Origin: Podarcis liolepis
Lineage: Eukaryota
Assembly (NCBI GenBank): GCA_965112155.1
Contig: OZ218108.1
Length of the DNA stretch: 64,000 bases
Reading direction: 5' to 3' (one strand)
The notes beneath the pieces are model-generated. The model worked only from the letters and a program-made list of their open reading frames with translations. It did not search any database and had not been told where the DNA came from. This document shows positions 39,101 through 51,882 of this stretch, piece by piece. The position numbers and the translations under genes were made by a program. Position 1 is the stretch's first letter; every line of letters begins with the position of its first letter.

Positions 39101-40884
39101 ATATCTACATGTGGGCATCTAGGTGTATACAGTGTCACATTAACAGTTCTGCTAACCATTCTTGCCAATTAAATATAAAATACAAAGTGTTTGGGAGAAC
39201 ATTAAAGGAAGCTATTGGTTATCGGTTGTAACATTTCATTATTGAATCCTGATTTGTCTTCAGGGTCCTTAAGAAGGGGTGACTAAAAGAAACAAATATA
39301 TTATTTTCTGACCTAGCTAGATGAAATTGGATTCTGAGTATACTGTTCTCTCATGGAGAGGTGACGTTTCGGAGGGGATAAGCCTGCCAGTTTGCCTCTT
39401 TGCTTACAGGAAAAACACAGCTAAGGTCCAAGAAGACCATTTGATTAAGATGTCAGAGTGAGATATGAGATCATAATCCCATGCACTCACATCTCCAGGT
39501 GGAGCACACAGTTTCTGTTAGTGTCAGATCCCGGAAAACTTCTCTGAAATATATTCCCTGGGATCGTAAGTTCAGTATGCAATCATAAGATCGCATTACT
39601 TAAAGTAAACGTTACTGAAATAGTGAACGCTGTTATTGTTGCTAGCTCTCACACAGAAAGGCTTACTACGGTGAAAACTCACAGTGGCCTGTTTTACACA
39701 TACGAACCCAGATTTATAAACCCATGTATTATAAAGTTAGAAACAGGCATGTTCTTTCCTTGCTGTTCCTATCATCAGCCCCTGCAGGCATCAGCCCAGA
39801 GATCCGGGTTAGTTTTAGAACAGAGTTCCCTGATGTATTTGAAACAGGAAACTTTGGCTTAATGTTGGCTGACTAACCAGGATGTTAAACCAGAACCAGG
39901 TCAGGTCCCAGCTTAATATCCTGGTTAACTGATATTATCCCAAAGTCCCCCATTTTGGACACAGTGGGGAAATCTGGAATACAACAAAGATCTCTGGACT
40001 AAATAAATCTGGTATGTAAGGAAGGGAAGAGCAAGGAATAAGTGCATGGTTCCAGATCACAGTGCCTGTAGGTTTGCAGCCTTTGCTTAGACAAAAAGAT
40101 GTCTTCTTCTGAGATGACTTGAGAACAAATAGCTACTGGAAATATTATGAAATTAATTTCAAGCAACTAAAAGTATTACTGCATCAGAAGTTAAAGTGTT
40201 TGTTTATATATTTAAAAAGTACATTGTTACTATGAGATTTCCTGTCAGCAATTTTGATTGCCTGGATTTGCAAAATTAAACAGATTTGAAATCTAATGGG
40301 ATTTATGAAATGTAGCAACCCAGATTTATGCACTTTATCCCTTAACTCCTTATCCTCTGGTTCATCCCATATCAATTACCATCGATACTGTGAAAAGAGA
40401 AGAATATAAATAATTCTAATGTGTTTATTGCCAAGAAAATCCAGCCAGTGATACCAGCCAGTAAAAATTCACTATAGTGATAGACATTTCAGAATAATCT
40501 AAAAAGTTTTTTTATTTGATTACTGGCAAAAACAAGTGTTGCCATATGGCCTGGTTATTTGGGATTTGTCCAGATTCTGGGCATGCCATCCAGTGTTTGG
40601 GGCATTAAGTTGGTGCAGCAGATTCCCAGCATTTTCCCCGATCTGTAGATAAGACAAAAGTTCAGGCACTATTCTGCTGAATTGCTTGATGAGAACTCAC
40701 TTGAACCTTCTGTTGCTCTAGCCAGAGGCAAGTTTCAGCTTTTCCACTTTGTCTCCCTTCCATGTATGACCAAGAAGAAAAATGCACGTACGTATACATG
40801 TCCACCCACCCCATTGGAATAATGACAGCTGGGAATGGAAGTCTCTCCCAGTGTCAGTATTCTGATATTTGTTTGTTGGTTGTA

Positions 40885-40945
40885 CAGTGGTACCTCAGGT
40901 TACATAAGCTTCAGGTTACATACGCTTCAGGTTACAGACTCCGCT
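40885..40945. mobile_element. Truncated copy of the Tigger-like MITE
   Basis: TA-CAGTGGTACCTCAGGTTACA...GCTTCAGGTTACAGACTCCGCT matches the 56861 element end. Confidence 0.7.
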
Positions 40946-41109
40946 GTCCCTGAAGATGCTTTTAAGAAAATGAAATGCGAGTTTGGCCCTTTGTTGTTAT
41001 GACTAAAGGCCACTGGCGGACCTGCCTTAAACCCACCTAAGCTTATGGCCATTGCAGCATCATGTGAATTCTTTTAAGAGGTGATTGCACACTGTCTCCC
41101 AGTAAACAT

Positions 41110-41560
41110 ACTTAAATAATAACAACGTCTATTATTTTGACAAAATTAGCAGCTGTATTTGCTCTTTTTACACACTTATAAAGCTCTGCTATCATCTCCC
41201 CCCTTTCTGTGACAAAAATGTCATTCACCACCCCACCCCGCGATTCTTTCAAATGCCCCTTTTGTACCTCCAGCTCAGCAGGGTCCTTTCTGAGATGCAA
41301 CATTTTTTATATGGGCAATCCTGTTATGAGATGATACTGCTAGTTGTTTCATTTTCCAGTCTCATTCCTAAAGCTGAATTTGACATTTTTACTGCTGCAA
41401 TACACTGAGCTGACATTTTCAGTGACATTTCTTTCATGAACACAAGACCACTTTGTGGGTGTTTGCAGCCAATTCAGGTTCTATCTGCATAAATATGAAG
41501 GTTAGATTAAAAAAACACCCCCAAAATGTATCACTTTGAACTTACTTGCACTGAATTTCA
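41110..41560 (-). mobile_element. Old CR1 LINE ORF2 fragment
   Basis: Minus translation KDPAELE.VQK...RGEMIAELYK resembles the CR1 ORF2 C-terminus; degraded. Confidence 0.5.
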
Positions 41561-42468
41561 CCTATTAATTAGCATGCATAATGCACATTAGTGCATTCAG
41601 ATGAGAAACTCAGATGATACGGTAAAATAATTTCATGCCAAAAAATCATTTGAGAACTTTGCTGTGAATGTGTCTGTGTTCATGTGCAAGATTTATTAGA
41701 AAGGGGATATTTTTATTTATTGTATTTCATTTTAAAATCACCCTTCATCCCATAGCATCCTAAAGCAATTTACAAGAATTTCTACATTAAAAACAATTTA
41801 AAAATTCACACTACAAATTTGAACCCATAATTAAAATACCATTGAAAATATTTTACAGCGGGCAATCGACATAACCGCTAAGCTTAATGGGTAAGTTTCT
41901 TCCAAAGGCCTGGGGGAAGAGGTACAGTTTTAACTGGCACTAGAAAGTTAGGTAACATCAGTCCCAACCATGTCTTTGGGGGGAGGGGATTCCATAGAGG
42001 GAGCATCACCACAGAGAAGGCACCGTCTTGTGTCACTATTCCAGGGGCCTTACTTAGCGGTGGGACATCCAGCAGCACCTTCCCTGCAGCTCGTAGTAGT
42101 AAATTTTATTTATACCCCGCCCTCCCCAGCCAAGACCGGGCTCAGGGCAGTTAACAACCAATATAAAAACAAGTTGATTGAAATACAACTTAAAAAACAA
42201 GATTAAAATAAAACATTAAAATGCTAAAGATTAGTATATGGGCGGACTAGCATAGGGTGCATAGCTTGGCTGATATAGGGAGTGGTGCTGGACCAATAGG
42301 CAAGGTGTTCATGCATGCATTGTTTGACTCCCTATTAACACTTCTAACGCTGAGGTTTGTCAGAGAGCTCAACCTTTGTAATGGAAGTAAATTTGGTGTT
42401 ATGTTTCTTGCGATCATGCTTCAAAGTCCAATTCCTCCCCCCCACATTATTTTGTTCTTTGTTTGTAG

Positions 42469-42854
42469 GGGATGTGATCCACCTTGGTGATAGACAGCTC
42501 ACTGTCATGCATATGCCTGGCCATTCAAGAGGAAGCATTTGCTTACATGACAGAGAACGGAAGATATTGTTCAGTGGGGATGTTGTATATGACGGATCAA
42601 TGATTGACTGGCTTCCCTACAGCAGGATCAATGACTACGTTACATCCTGCCAGCGACTGATAGACTTAGTGAATAGAGGTCTTGTAGAGAAAGTCCTTCC
42701 GGGGCATTTTAACACATTTGGAGCTGAACAGCTCTATCGTTTGGCTTCCAACTACATTTCTAACGCTGGTGTGTGCCACAAAGTTTCTACATGTGCAGTC
42801 AGATCGATTGCAAGCCTAGCACTCCGGGCCACAAATTCCAGAACAACTTCATAG
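42469..42854 (+). CDS. MBLAC2: MBLAC2 exon 2
   Basis: TGTAG|(G)[27 protein letters not shown]...[10 protein letters not shown]...VLPGHF...NSRTTS*; total 287 aa. Confidence 0.96.
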
Positions 42855-42906
42855 TATAACTTGTTTAATAATAATATTATTATTGTAAAACCCGATGGCA
42901 TATGTA

Positions 42907-43612
42907 CCGTATTTTTCGCCCTATAGGATGTACTTTTCCCCCTCCAAAAATGAAGGGGAAATCTGTGTGCATCCTATGGGGCAAATACAGGCTTTCGCTG
43001 AAGCTTGGAGAGCGAGAGGGGTTGTTGCGCACCGACCCCTCTCGCTCTCCAGGCTTCAGGAAGCTATCAGCAAGCCTGGGGAGCCCTGTGGGAGTTCCCG
43101 CAGGGCTCCCTAGGCTGCGGATAGCAGCCTGCTGCCCGGCGCGCAGGGCGCCTTGAAGCAGAGCGCCCCGCGCTTCAGGCAGACATCTGCAGCCTGGGGA
43201 GCCCTGCGGGAGTTCCCGCAGGGCTCCCCAGGCTGCGGATAGCAGCCTGATGCACAGAACGCGGGGCGCACTGAAGCAGAGCGCCCCGCGCTTCGGGCGG
43301 ACATCGGCCAGCCCCACAAGCTCGGGGGACAACGGGGAGGCGCAGCGCCGCCATCCCGCTGTTCCCCGACCTGGTTTGGAGGCTGGCACTGGGGAGAAGC
43401 GCGCTTCTCCCCAGCGCCAGCCCCACAAGCTCGGGGGATAGTGGGGAGGCGGAGCGCTGCCATACCGCTGTTCCCCGACCTGGTTTGGTTTCCCCGACCT
43501 GGTTTTTTTTTGGGAGGGGGGGAATAAAGGAAAAAAAATATTCCTTTATTTCCCCCCCAAAAAACTAGGTGCATCCTATGGGACGGAGCATCCTATGGGA
43601 CGAAAAATACGG
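42907..43612. mobile_element. Tc1/mariner Tc2-like non-autonomous element in the MBLAC2 3'UTR
   Basis: TA-flanked TIRs CCGTATTTTTCGCCCTATAGGATG / CATCCTATGGGACGAAAAATACGG; GC-rich interior with two duplicated units. Confidence 0.88.
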
Positions 43613-46158
43613 TAAGTTTATTTAAATGAAAAGCTGGCTGATAAGCCATAAAGATTTTTATTTTTATCTACTTAATTTCTACTTTAAAAAAATACCAATA
43701 TAAACTAGTAGCTGTGCCAAAGCTACTCATTTTCCTTCTATTTTTTCAAGGCAGGTTTGCACATATGTTGAGTACAGTTTGACAGATGTTCTAAATTCGT
43801 TTTGTATTTTGAAACATATATATGCTAAATGAAAAGTTTTGCACCCATGTCAAACTTTATTGATGACATCTTGAGTTAGGGATATGTGTTGAAAGTAGAC
43901 TTTAAATGGTTGAAAATTATTATAAGCTGTAGTGGGGGTAGGTTGGTCTTATAACATTCCACTGTCTCATTACATGCACTAAGATAAAAGTACCAATAAT
44001 TTCATTTTTATTGTATGGGGTGAATTTAACCTGAAGTTATTACCAAATGTTGATATAAAGCACTGCACCCTAAGTTGTTACTCTTCTTGAATTAAGTGTG
44101 TTGCATTTGACTATTGTTTCTAAAATGAAATGTAAGTGAATATTTCAAGTGTATTGCTTGCTCTTTAAATGTGACTAATGGTGTATGTAAGAGTACGTAA
44201 CTGTTAAAAGATTCCGTCAGATAATTTTAAATATAATGCACACACCCGTGATCATCCTTGGTTTCTTCTGTATAGCAGCTGTAGAAGCACTTGTGTGTTG
44301 CAAATTGTTTTGTGGATTGTAGAGAATAAATTGGGTCTCAGGAGAGAGTAAATTGAATTTTTGGGGGAGATAGCTGCCAAAAAGCTACAGCTCTAGAGTC
44401 ATATGTGGTTCTTTTCACATTACAGGTGTAGTTAGGACTTCAAGTAGTAGCTTTGCAACCTACAAATGTCATTCTTCTTCTTTTGTTTCTTTTTCCATTT
44501 TCTGTAATGTTTACTTTCAAGCAACTTGACAAAAATTCCTTGTCTGTTGTTTGTACTTTTCCAGTATAAAAATCCTGTGCAGCCCTCTGGGGTGTTACCA
44601 ATTTATTGTGTGAAGACAGGTTTTTATCTTGTAACTATGACACTGAAATGAAATGGATAGTTTGAGATATATTAGGAAGGATATTAACAGTGGCCCTTGT
44701 CTTGTGAGAACGATGAACAGCTTCGGGTTGTGGCTGTCACACAAAATTAATTTTTTATCCTTTTGCGACTTTATTGCATATTTCCCATACATCAAAGAGT
44801 ACTGCACATACAGAGCTTGACCCCAGTGTAATCAGCACTTTAGCCCTCAAGGGTGGATAGGTGGATGTAGTTAATTCTTTAAATGTTAACAGTGCCTATT
44901 TCCTGTTGTAGACGAAAGCACAACAGTAAACAGGAAGATCAGACTTGCTGGTGAATGACCACTTAGAAATGAGGTTAGCAATTTCTTTTAGCCCTTATCT
45001 TGTTTGAAGCTTTCACCAAACGAATGGAGAAATATATAATGTTTCAGACTGCTTCACTTTGGCTATTGGCTTTGGAAATACCATTTATTAACAGCCAAAG
45101 CCACTAATTTGATACCTTTTAATGCTAGGGAGAAAAGGCACCCATGAGCTTGCAACTTTAAAAGATTTTAATCTAAAAATTAGCAAATACAAAACTCATC
45201 AGGTTGAAGACTAGTGCAGATATAATGGAGAGGCCCTCTTGACTGTGGTCAAGCGATCAGGAATGGGTTGCCAGATCATTCATTCCTACTTGCAGTGGTG
45301 CCAACTCCCGTCCCCACAAAACTTTTGCTGTGGGTGCCTGGCCACCACCCACTGCCAGGCGCCACCTTACCTTTGGTGCTCCAGTGCTGCGGGGTCGTGA
45401 CATCATGTCACACCTCGACATCACAGTGTTGTGGTGTGCGTGCTGGGCATCCACAGTCTGGGGCCCAAGTTGATGCCGCTGCCTACCCATTTCCTTCTCA
45501 AGTGAATGCCCTCCTGTTTTAACTGCTGCTAAGCATTGTGTCAACAGCAATATTTAAGCACAGTTAAGGCTAACCTGGTTCCTACTTCAATTTGCAGCCA
45601 ACTTGAGACTGGTACCTTGTTCATTTTGTAGAAATGTGCACCTTTTGGAATCAACTGCTACAAAATCATTCTGTTCTACGGGAATACTGCTGAGGTGCTA
45701 GTGATTTTGAGGCATTAATGGTGATGTTTTTCCCAGAGTTAAAGCAAACTTCCTAAAGCCTCTATTCCTTCTTTCCTACCCACCTTCTCAGTGTCTTGAA
45801 AGTTCTTTTCCAAACGCCTTACTGTGAGTGGCACATACTAGACAGCTCACTGTGGGAAGAATTTAGCTAAGGAATACTGTTCTTGCCAAAGGTTAGACTA
45901 CTCTTAAGAACTGATCTGAGTTTCTGCTCTTGGAACAGTTCTGTTGGTACATTTTTGTTCTATAAGATGGGACATTTCTGTTCTATTTCAGTGCTCACAA
46001 AGCCAGATTATCTTCTGAAGTCTTAAGTAGTTCTCTGGAAATGTAGTCAAATAGGAATCAGGCTGTGAAACTCTCCCAAAGCATGTGTTTACTCAAAAGC
46101 AAGTTCCACTCAGTTCATTGAGTCTTTATTCTTCGTAAGCCTGAGCTTTAACTTAGAA

Positions 46159-46296
46159 CAGGGGTGGCTAACCTGTGGCCCTCCATATATTGCTGAACTA
46201 CAACTTCCATCATCCCTAATTATTGGCCAAGCTGAATGAGGCTGCTGGGAGCTGGAGTTTAATGTCATCTGGGGGACTACAGGCTAGTCTTCGCTG
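46159..46296. mobile_element. hAT-Charlie-like MITE
   Basis: Exact 8-bp TSD ACTTAGAA; same family as 11609-11746. Confidence 0.8.
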
Positions 46297-47580
46297 ACTT
46301 AGAAGTCACACTTGGCTTTGGTTAGTAAAGTACAACCTTAGAGTGAAAATATATAATCTTATCTTTTGTCTTAATTATTTTTATATTCTAAGACCTTGTG
46401 TATTTCTGAATGAATTTATTGAAAGACCTTTATCGTTAATTATTGTAATGCCTTTAAAAACAACAAAATATATGTGTTCACTTTCAATATTACAGAGTAT
46501 GATACATTTACTATTGCTTTATTTGTAAACATTCTCTTGACATCCCCTCTGGATTCAGTATTTACAAAGGCTTAAAATGCAATTCTGTTCAACAATGTTC
46601 TTGGAGTTAAGGCAATGATATGTTGTTGATTCAACTGTTTTTACTGAAGCAAGTCATGGATTGTGCTGTAAAATGCAATTTAAAAGCATTTTAAAAAGTT
46701 GTAATGCATTGTTCTGTCTACTGATGAAACTTTACTAATGTGCCACCATTTTCAAGGGGAAATTGTATATTATTTTATCATAGATATTGATAATAAAAGA
46801 ATTATGACACAAAACAGCTCTCCAGTGATCATTTCCATTTCATCTTTAACCCAACCAAAGGAGAAAGTTACATATGTGTTGCTTTTGAGAGATGGAATGG
46901 TTGATGCCAAATGGTAGTGGTGTGATAGCCAGGTCATAACAGCTGCCATCACTCTGAAATAGGTTTTTTGTGTGTTTTGGGGTGGGGTGGGCTTTTGAAA
47001 GTTGAAAGGCTTCCTTGCGGAAATGCCCAAATCCTTTTGTGAAAATGAGAACATTGACCATAATTTCTTGGGGTTATTTTGGAGCATAAAACCATTACAT
47101 CCTACATCTTGCTCTAATGCCGCAGAAAATGCTTTCATTGTGGTTTATTATAGCTGATTCAGCTAACTGAACATAAGAAATCACCCACGCTAACTGGGAT
47201 TGAGGACTCATGTTCCTAGGCACTATGCTATTTACACCACTTATGAACACATCTCCCTTTGCATCTGGATTCCTTCCAGTTATCTTCTGTTGTGCTTTTT
47301 CTGTGTTCTTTGTAGATAACTGTTTAAATAAGCCTGAGGTTGCTCACCCATGTAAGAGCATAATGCAAATGGAATAAAAATGTTTGTGCCTAGAGTAAAT
47401 TGTAGAAGAGAGGTTCACAAATAAATGCTAAGTGAAAAACACAAGTTCAATACGTTCACACTTCTCATAAAAAGAGATAAAGGGAGAGGTGAAAGGTGTT
47501 TTCAGAGTTTAGGAAGTTACAAGTTGCTTGAGTTTTGCAGTAGTTTACAAGACAATACAGACATATTATGTATGTACAAT

Positions 47581-47912
47581 GCAGGTGGTGCTGTGGTCTA
47601 AACCACAGAGCCTAGGGCTTGCTGATCCCCACAACGGGGTGAGCTCCCGTTGCTGCTCCTGCCAACCTAACAGTTCGAAAGCACATCAAAGTGCAAGTAG
47701 ATAAATAGGTAATGCTCCGGCGGGAAGGTAAACGGCATTTCCATGCGCTGCTCTGGTTCGCCAGAAGTGGCTTAGTCATGCTAGCCACATGACCCAGAAG
47801 CTGTCTGCGGACAAATGCGGGTTTCTGGGCCTATAAAGCGAGATGAGCGCCGTAATCCCAGAGTCGTCTGCAACTGGACTTAACAGTCAGGGATCCCTTT
47901 ACCTTTACCTTA
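47581..47912 (+). mobile_element. Sauria SINE
   Basis: CAGTTCGAAAGCAC...GTGCAAGTAGATAAATAGGTA body and (ACCTTT)n tail, typical of Sauria SINEs. Confidence 0.85.
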
Positions 47913-48409
47913 CAGCTTATGTCTGAAAATGTAATGGGCTGGAGCTAGTTAGAATTTTTGTTTTTACTTTCACACAGAAACCAAATAATTTCTTGGAGAA
48001 AAAGATGTGAGTAAATAGAACAAAGTTTTGTTCAGATATTAAGATTCTCTTGTCCTTTCAAATATATACTGAACAATTACTTTTTTTAAAGAGATGCCAT
48101 CTGCTGGTTTAGTTCTATATATACAAATATGATATGACTCAGTTCAAAATACGATTCTTCTGTGAATAGCCTTCAGATATTGTAACAGATGAGCTTAACT
48201 TTTTTTAAAAAAAACCTACATTGATGCAAGAAATGAAAATAATACAAGCTGCAATTTCAAACAGTGTGTAAGATCAGAATTAAGTTCTGAGAAAAGAGAT
48301 GCTGAGGAGGAAGGATTGCATTAGACTGTAAAAAGTAATCTCTCCCCCCCCCCCCCGGTAAGGCTCTGAGAGAAGGAGTTGCCAGTTCTGACCTGGGAGT
48401 TCTACTCTT

Positions 48410-48870
48410 AGAGTACCTCAGATGTCATCTAGTCGAACCCCTGTCAGTGTAGTAATTGCACTGCTGCAGCAACTCTGCTTAAAAATCTCTATCAGAGAGT
48501 CTATCACCTTCCAAGGGAGCCTGTTCTAATTCCTGTCAGCTCATACCACCAGGAAGCTCTTCCTAATGTTCAACTGAAACGCTCTTCCTTGTAAATTGTA
48601 TATGTTGGTTTGGATCCTCCTCTCTGGAGTAGTAACAAAGCAAAATTGACCCATCATCACTGTGACAGCCTCCCAATAGTTCAAGACTGCCAAACGTATT
48701 GGCTCTGAACGTCCCCTTCTCCAGGATAAACATACCCATCTCCCTTAATTCACACAGGAATGGAGGTCCAAGCCCTTACCATCTCTTCACGTTGTAGTTT
48801 GTCAGTAGCCTCCTTCAGTTGTGTCCAGAACCGGACATGGTGTGCCAGGTGAAGTCAGACCAAAGAAGAA
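48410..48870 (-). mobile_element. CR1 LINE 3' fragment
   Basis: TCATCTAGTC.AACCCC, AGGAAG.TCTTCCTAATGTT, CTTCTCCAGG.TAAACATACCC motifs of antisense CR1. Confidence 0.75.
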
Positions 48871-50064
48871 TAGAGCTGTACATACCATTACTACGTGTAT
48901 CTTAGACATTATACTTGATGCTGTCTTTCTGTCGCCAAATTAGGAAGAAACGGGGTAAACTAGGCTGAAAGCTTGTGACTTACCGAAATACACTCCGTGG
49001 GCTTCAGGTATCCAAATCGAAAATCTTGGCTAGTCCAGGACTAAAGCCCTTGCATGACAGTGGCTTATTTTTCATCTTCAGAGACCTCCAAACAATTGCA
49101 AAGTAAGCATGCATTGATGCAGCAAATTAATGCTGTCAGGTTCCCCCCCCCCTCGTGTGTTCACCAGCTATCAGTCAAGAGCATACGGCCAGGTACTGGA
49201 TGTAATGAAGAGACATATACTATGTCCAGTAGCTATTGATGGCTTCAGTTTTCATGCATTTGTCAAATCCTGGTGATGTGATGCCCATAACTATTACCTT
49301 GTGATAGCCAGTTCCATAGTACACTACAGCAATGACTTGTGTGAAGACATACTCGAGTGTAAAGAGCTCCCTACTCGTAGAAAGGAGAAGGGGTGTGTGT
49401 ATTAATGTCAAGAAGGCTATTCTGAACGGTGCTCCCGTGTGCTTCGATTTTCTGTGAGCAGAGCCTTCTCTATGTGAGGCCATTCAAATATGCGACCTCC
49501 AGAACATGAAGCTTTTCTGTCCGTTGTATAAAATGCCCTTGACTGATAGCTTCAGATTCATCCCTCCTAAAACGACGACTTTATTGCTTTCGTATTCATA
49601 TCCTAGGGAGGATGCGCTACAAGGCTGCAGCCAATGAGACTCTAGGACGGGCGGGCTCTTATTACGTCAACAATCAGCGCGGCAATTTGCCCTGAGCCGC
49701 GACGTTCCTCTCCCCGGCATCATTGTGACGTCTATAAGCAGCAACGCCTTCTGGGTAAAACGTTGGCGGCGTACCCACCAATTTTCAACAGGAGACCGGG
49801 GAGGCGCGCCTGGGACTTGATTGACAAGCGGCTTAGCTACTTGCGATGGCGCTGTGAGCGGCGGGGCGGGAGGGACGATTCGCGGGGTCCAATTAAAGCT
49901 CGCAATCCGAAGAGGGGAAGCGGCGTTATCGGAGGGAACGGGTTTCGCGCCCCGCTTTCGAGGGAAAGGCTGTTGTTCCTCTTGATTCCGGGTTCCGGTG
50001 GCCAAAGTAGCCGAGACACGCTGCCCCCCTTCCCGCCTGGTTTTCAAGGGGTGGGGCTGGGAGA

Positions 50065-50081
50065 ATGAATTTGGTGGCGAG
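50065..50081 (+). CDS. CETN3: Centrin-3 coding exon 1
   Basis: ATGAATTTGGTGGCGAG|GTTGGT: 17 nt (MNLVAR), phase 2 matching exon 2, and gives the expected 167-aa length. Confidence 0.8.
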
Positions 50082-50140
50082 GTTGGTACCTTGGCGGGCG
50101 GGAGGGAGGGAAGCCGCGAGCGAAGGGCTTTTTGCTTCTT

Positions 50141-50154
50141 GTTGCCATGGCAAC
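50141..50154. promoter_or_regulatory. RFX X-box
   Basis: Perfect palindrome GTTGCCATGGCAAC in CETN3 intron 1. Confidence 0.8.
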
Positions 50155-50335
50155 GCAACGTGTTTTCCACCCCCCTCCCCACCGTCGCGAGCCGCCTTGT
50201 CGCGATATTTGCCGCAGCGAGCGTGCGCACTGGCTCCGGGTAGCGCGCGGCATCCCCTTCCCCCATCCCGTCGCAAAAGCATTTGGTAGCCGACCGATTC
50301 CTCTTGTCTTTCGAGTCGGGGATTTCAGCTTTTTA

Positions 50336-50340
<5 letters not shown>

Positions 50341-50380
<40 letters not shown>
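50341..50380. repeat. (ATT)n microsatellite
   Basis: About 13 ATT units in CETN3 intron 1. Confidence 0.95.
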
Positions 50381-50845
50381 GTTACATCTTGTTTTGTTGA
50401 TAGTTGCCTTGGACCTTGTAGGCGAGGGAAAAGGAAGGAAGAATAATGCGTGTCCCCGCTTAGGTTCTCAAGGCTGCTTGTGGAAGTGAATAATGCCATT
50501 TTTAGATTTATAATGTAAGCAACTTTAGCACATCGAATAATGTAAGCTTGCAACCAAGGTGAATAGCAGCCCAGCGTTCACCTTAAAGGATGGAGTGAAA
50601 GCTAGAGACCCTACTTATGTAGGAGGACACACACAGAGTTGAGTTTTCGGGCTGTGATGCTCCAGGCCATCTTCATAAACGTTAGGAAGTGATCCTTGGT
50701 GAGGTGGGCTGCCACTACAGAGCACAGAGCCATAGCTTAGTGGTGCAGCAAATGCCTTCCCTGCACACATTTCCAGATTGCTTCTTGGTATCTTGTAGGC
50801 AGGGCAGGGAATGCCATCTCTGAAGCCATGCAGAGCCTCTACCAA

Positions 50846-51191
50846 CAGAGCTTTCCAAACTGTTGCAACACCTTAGTGTCTCAGCTGCAATGTGTTTGTG
50901 TGTCATGCGAATGCTCCCCATGCTCCTTACCAGGGCTGGAAAGGGGTTAGTTTAACCTCTGGTTTGCTAGTAAAACTGAATTACTGTGTCATAGAATTGT
51001 AAGAGTTGGAAGGGACCCTGAGGGTCATCTAGTCCAACCCCCTGCAATGCAGGAATATGCAGCTGCCCCATACAGGGATTGAACCTGCAACCTTGGCATT
51101 ATGAGCACCATGCTCTAACCAAGCGAGCCATCACTAAATGATGCATGTCTAAAAAGTGTGTCACCAGCCTGAGAAGTTTGGAAAGCTGCAG
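50846..51191. mobile_element. hAT MITE with nested minus-strand tRNA/CR1-tail SINE (about 50989-51130)
   Basis: TIRs CAGAGCTTTCCAAACT / AGTTTGGAAAGCTG, TSD TCTACCAA/TCTACCAT; nested SINE has B box GGTTCAATCCC. Confidence 0.7.
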
Positions 51192-51746
51192 TCTACCATA
51201 GTACAGAACAAGATGGTTTAATGGTCTGACTTTGTAGAAAGCAGGTTTTTTGTGTTCATTTTTTTGTGTTCCCGTAGCCGTTAGGAATGCAGAAGTCTAT
51301 TTTAAGAATATAATATACATATATCAGGGAAATGGTGAACTAAAAAGAGCAGAAGGGAGTCTTGATGGCAGACAGAGTATACTGTTTTGTCATTGTAGCC
51401 TCTAGTCCAAGTGTGGCAAACATTTGGCCCTCCAAGGTGCTGGAAGAACTATAGCACCCCTCATTCCTGGCAGTTGGCCATGCTTGCCAGGGCTGATGGG
51501 AATGGTAGTTCAGCAACGTCTGGAGGGCCAAAGCTTTCCTACACCAGCCCTAGCCCAAATACAATCATAAATCCATCATAAATCTTAAAACTAAGACTGG
51601 ACATTTCATGAAATCAATTCTCATTCTGTTTTCTTCATCAGCAAGGTGACATATACCTACCCACTAAGATATGCTACAAAACTAAAATTGTGTGTTTTTT
51701 AAGAGAAAAAAAACCATACCTGACTACATTTGTCTTTATCATCTAG

Positions 51747-51882
51747 AACTGAGCTTCCTGTTGACAAAACCAAGAGAAAGAAAAGAAGAGACTTGACTGA
51801 AGAACAGAAGCAAGAAATTAAAGATGCTTTTGAGTTGTTTGACACAGATAAAGACAGAGCTATAGATTATCACGAACTGAAG
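51747..51882 (+). CDS. CETN3: Centrin-3 exon 2 (EF-hand 1)
   Basis: TCTAG|(R)[45 protein letters not shown]|GCAATT; 136 nt; non-canonical GC donor. Confidence 0.92.

Larger units (their letters stand above)
49600..50320. promoter_or_regulatory. CpG island / CETN3 promoter
   Basis: CpG rich; CCAAT boxes, TGACGTC CRE-like site, TTTCGCGC E2F-type site (49943-49950). Confidence 0.85.

Noticed and set aside
42880-43574. ORFs and repeats in the 3'UTR element suggesting a transposase or CRISPR-like array
   Set aside because: No DDE/D motif; only two copies of each unit and no spacer architecture; vertebrate DNA
49667-50553. Antisense ORFs (199 and 169 aa) at the CETN3 promoter
   Set aside because: CpG-island and (ATT)n artefacts without homology cues
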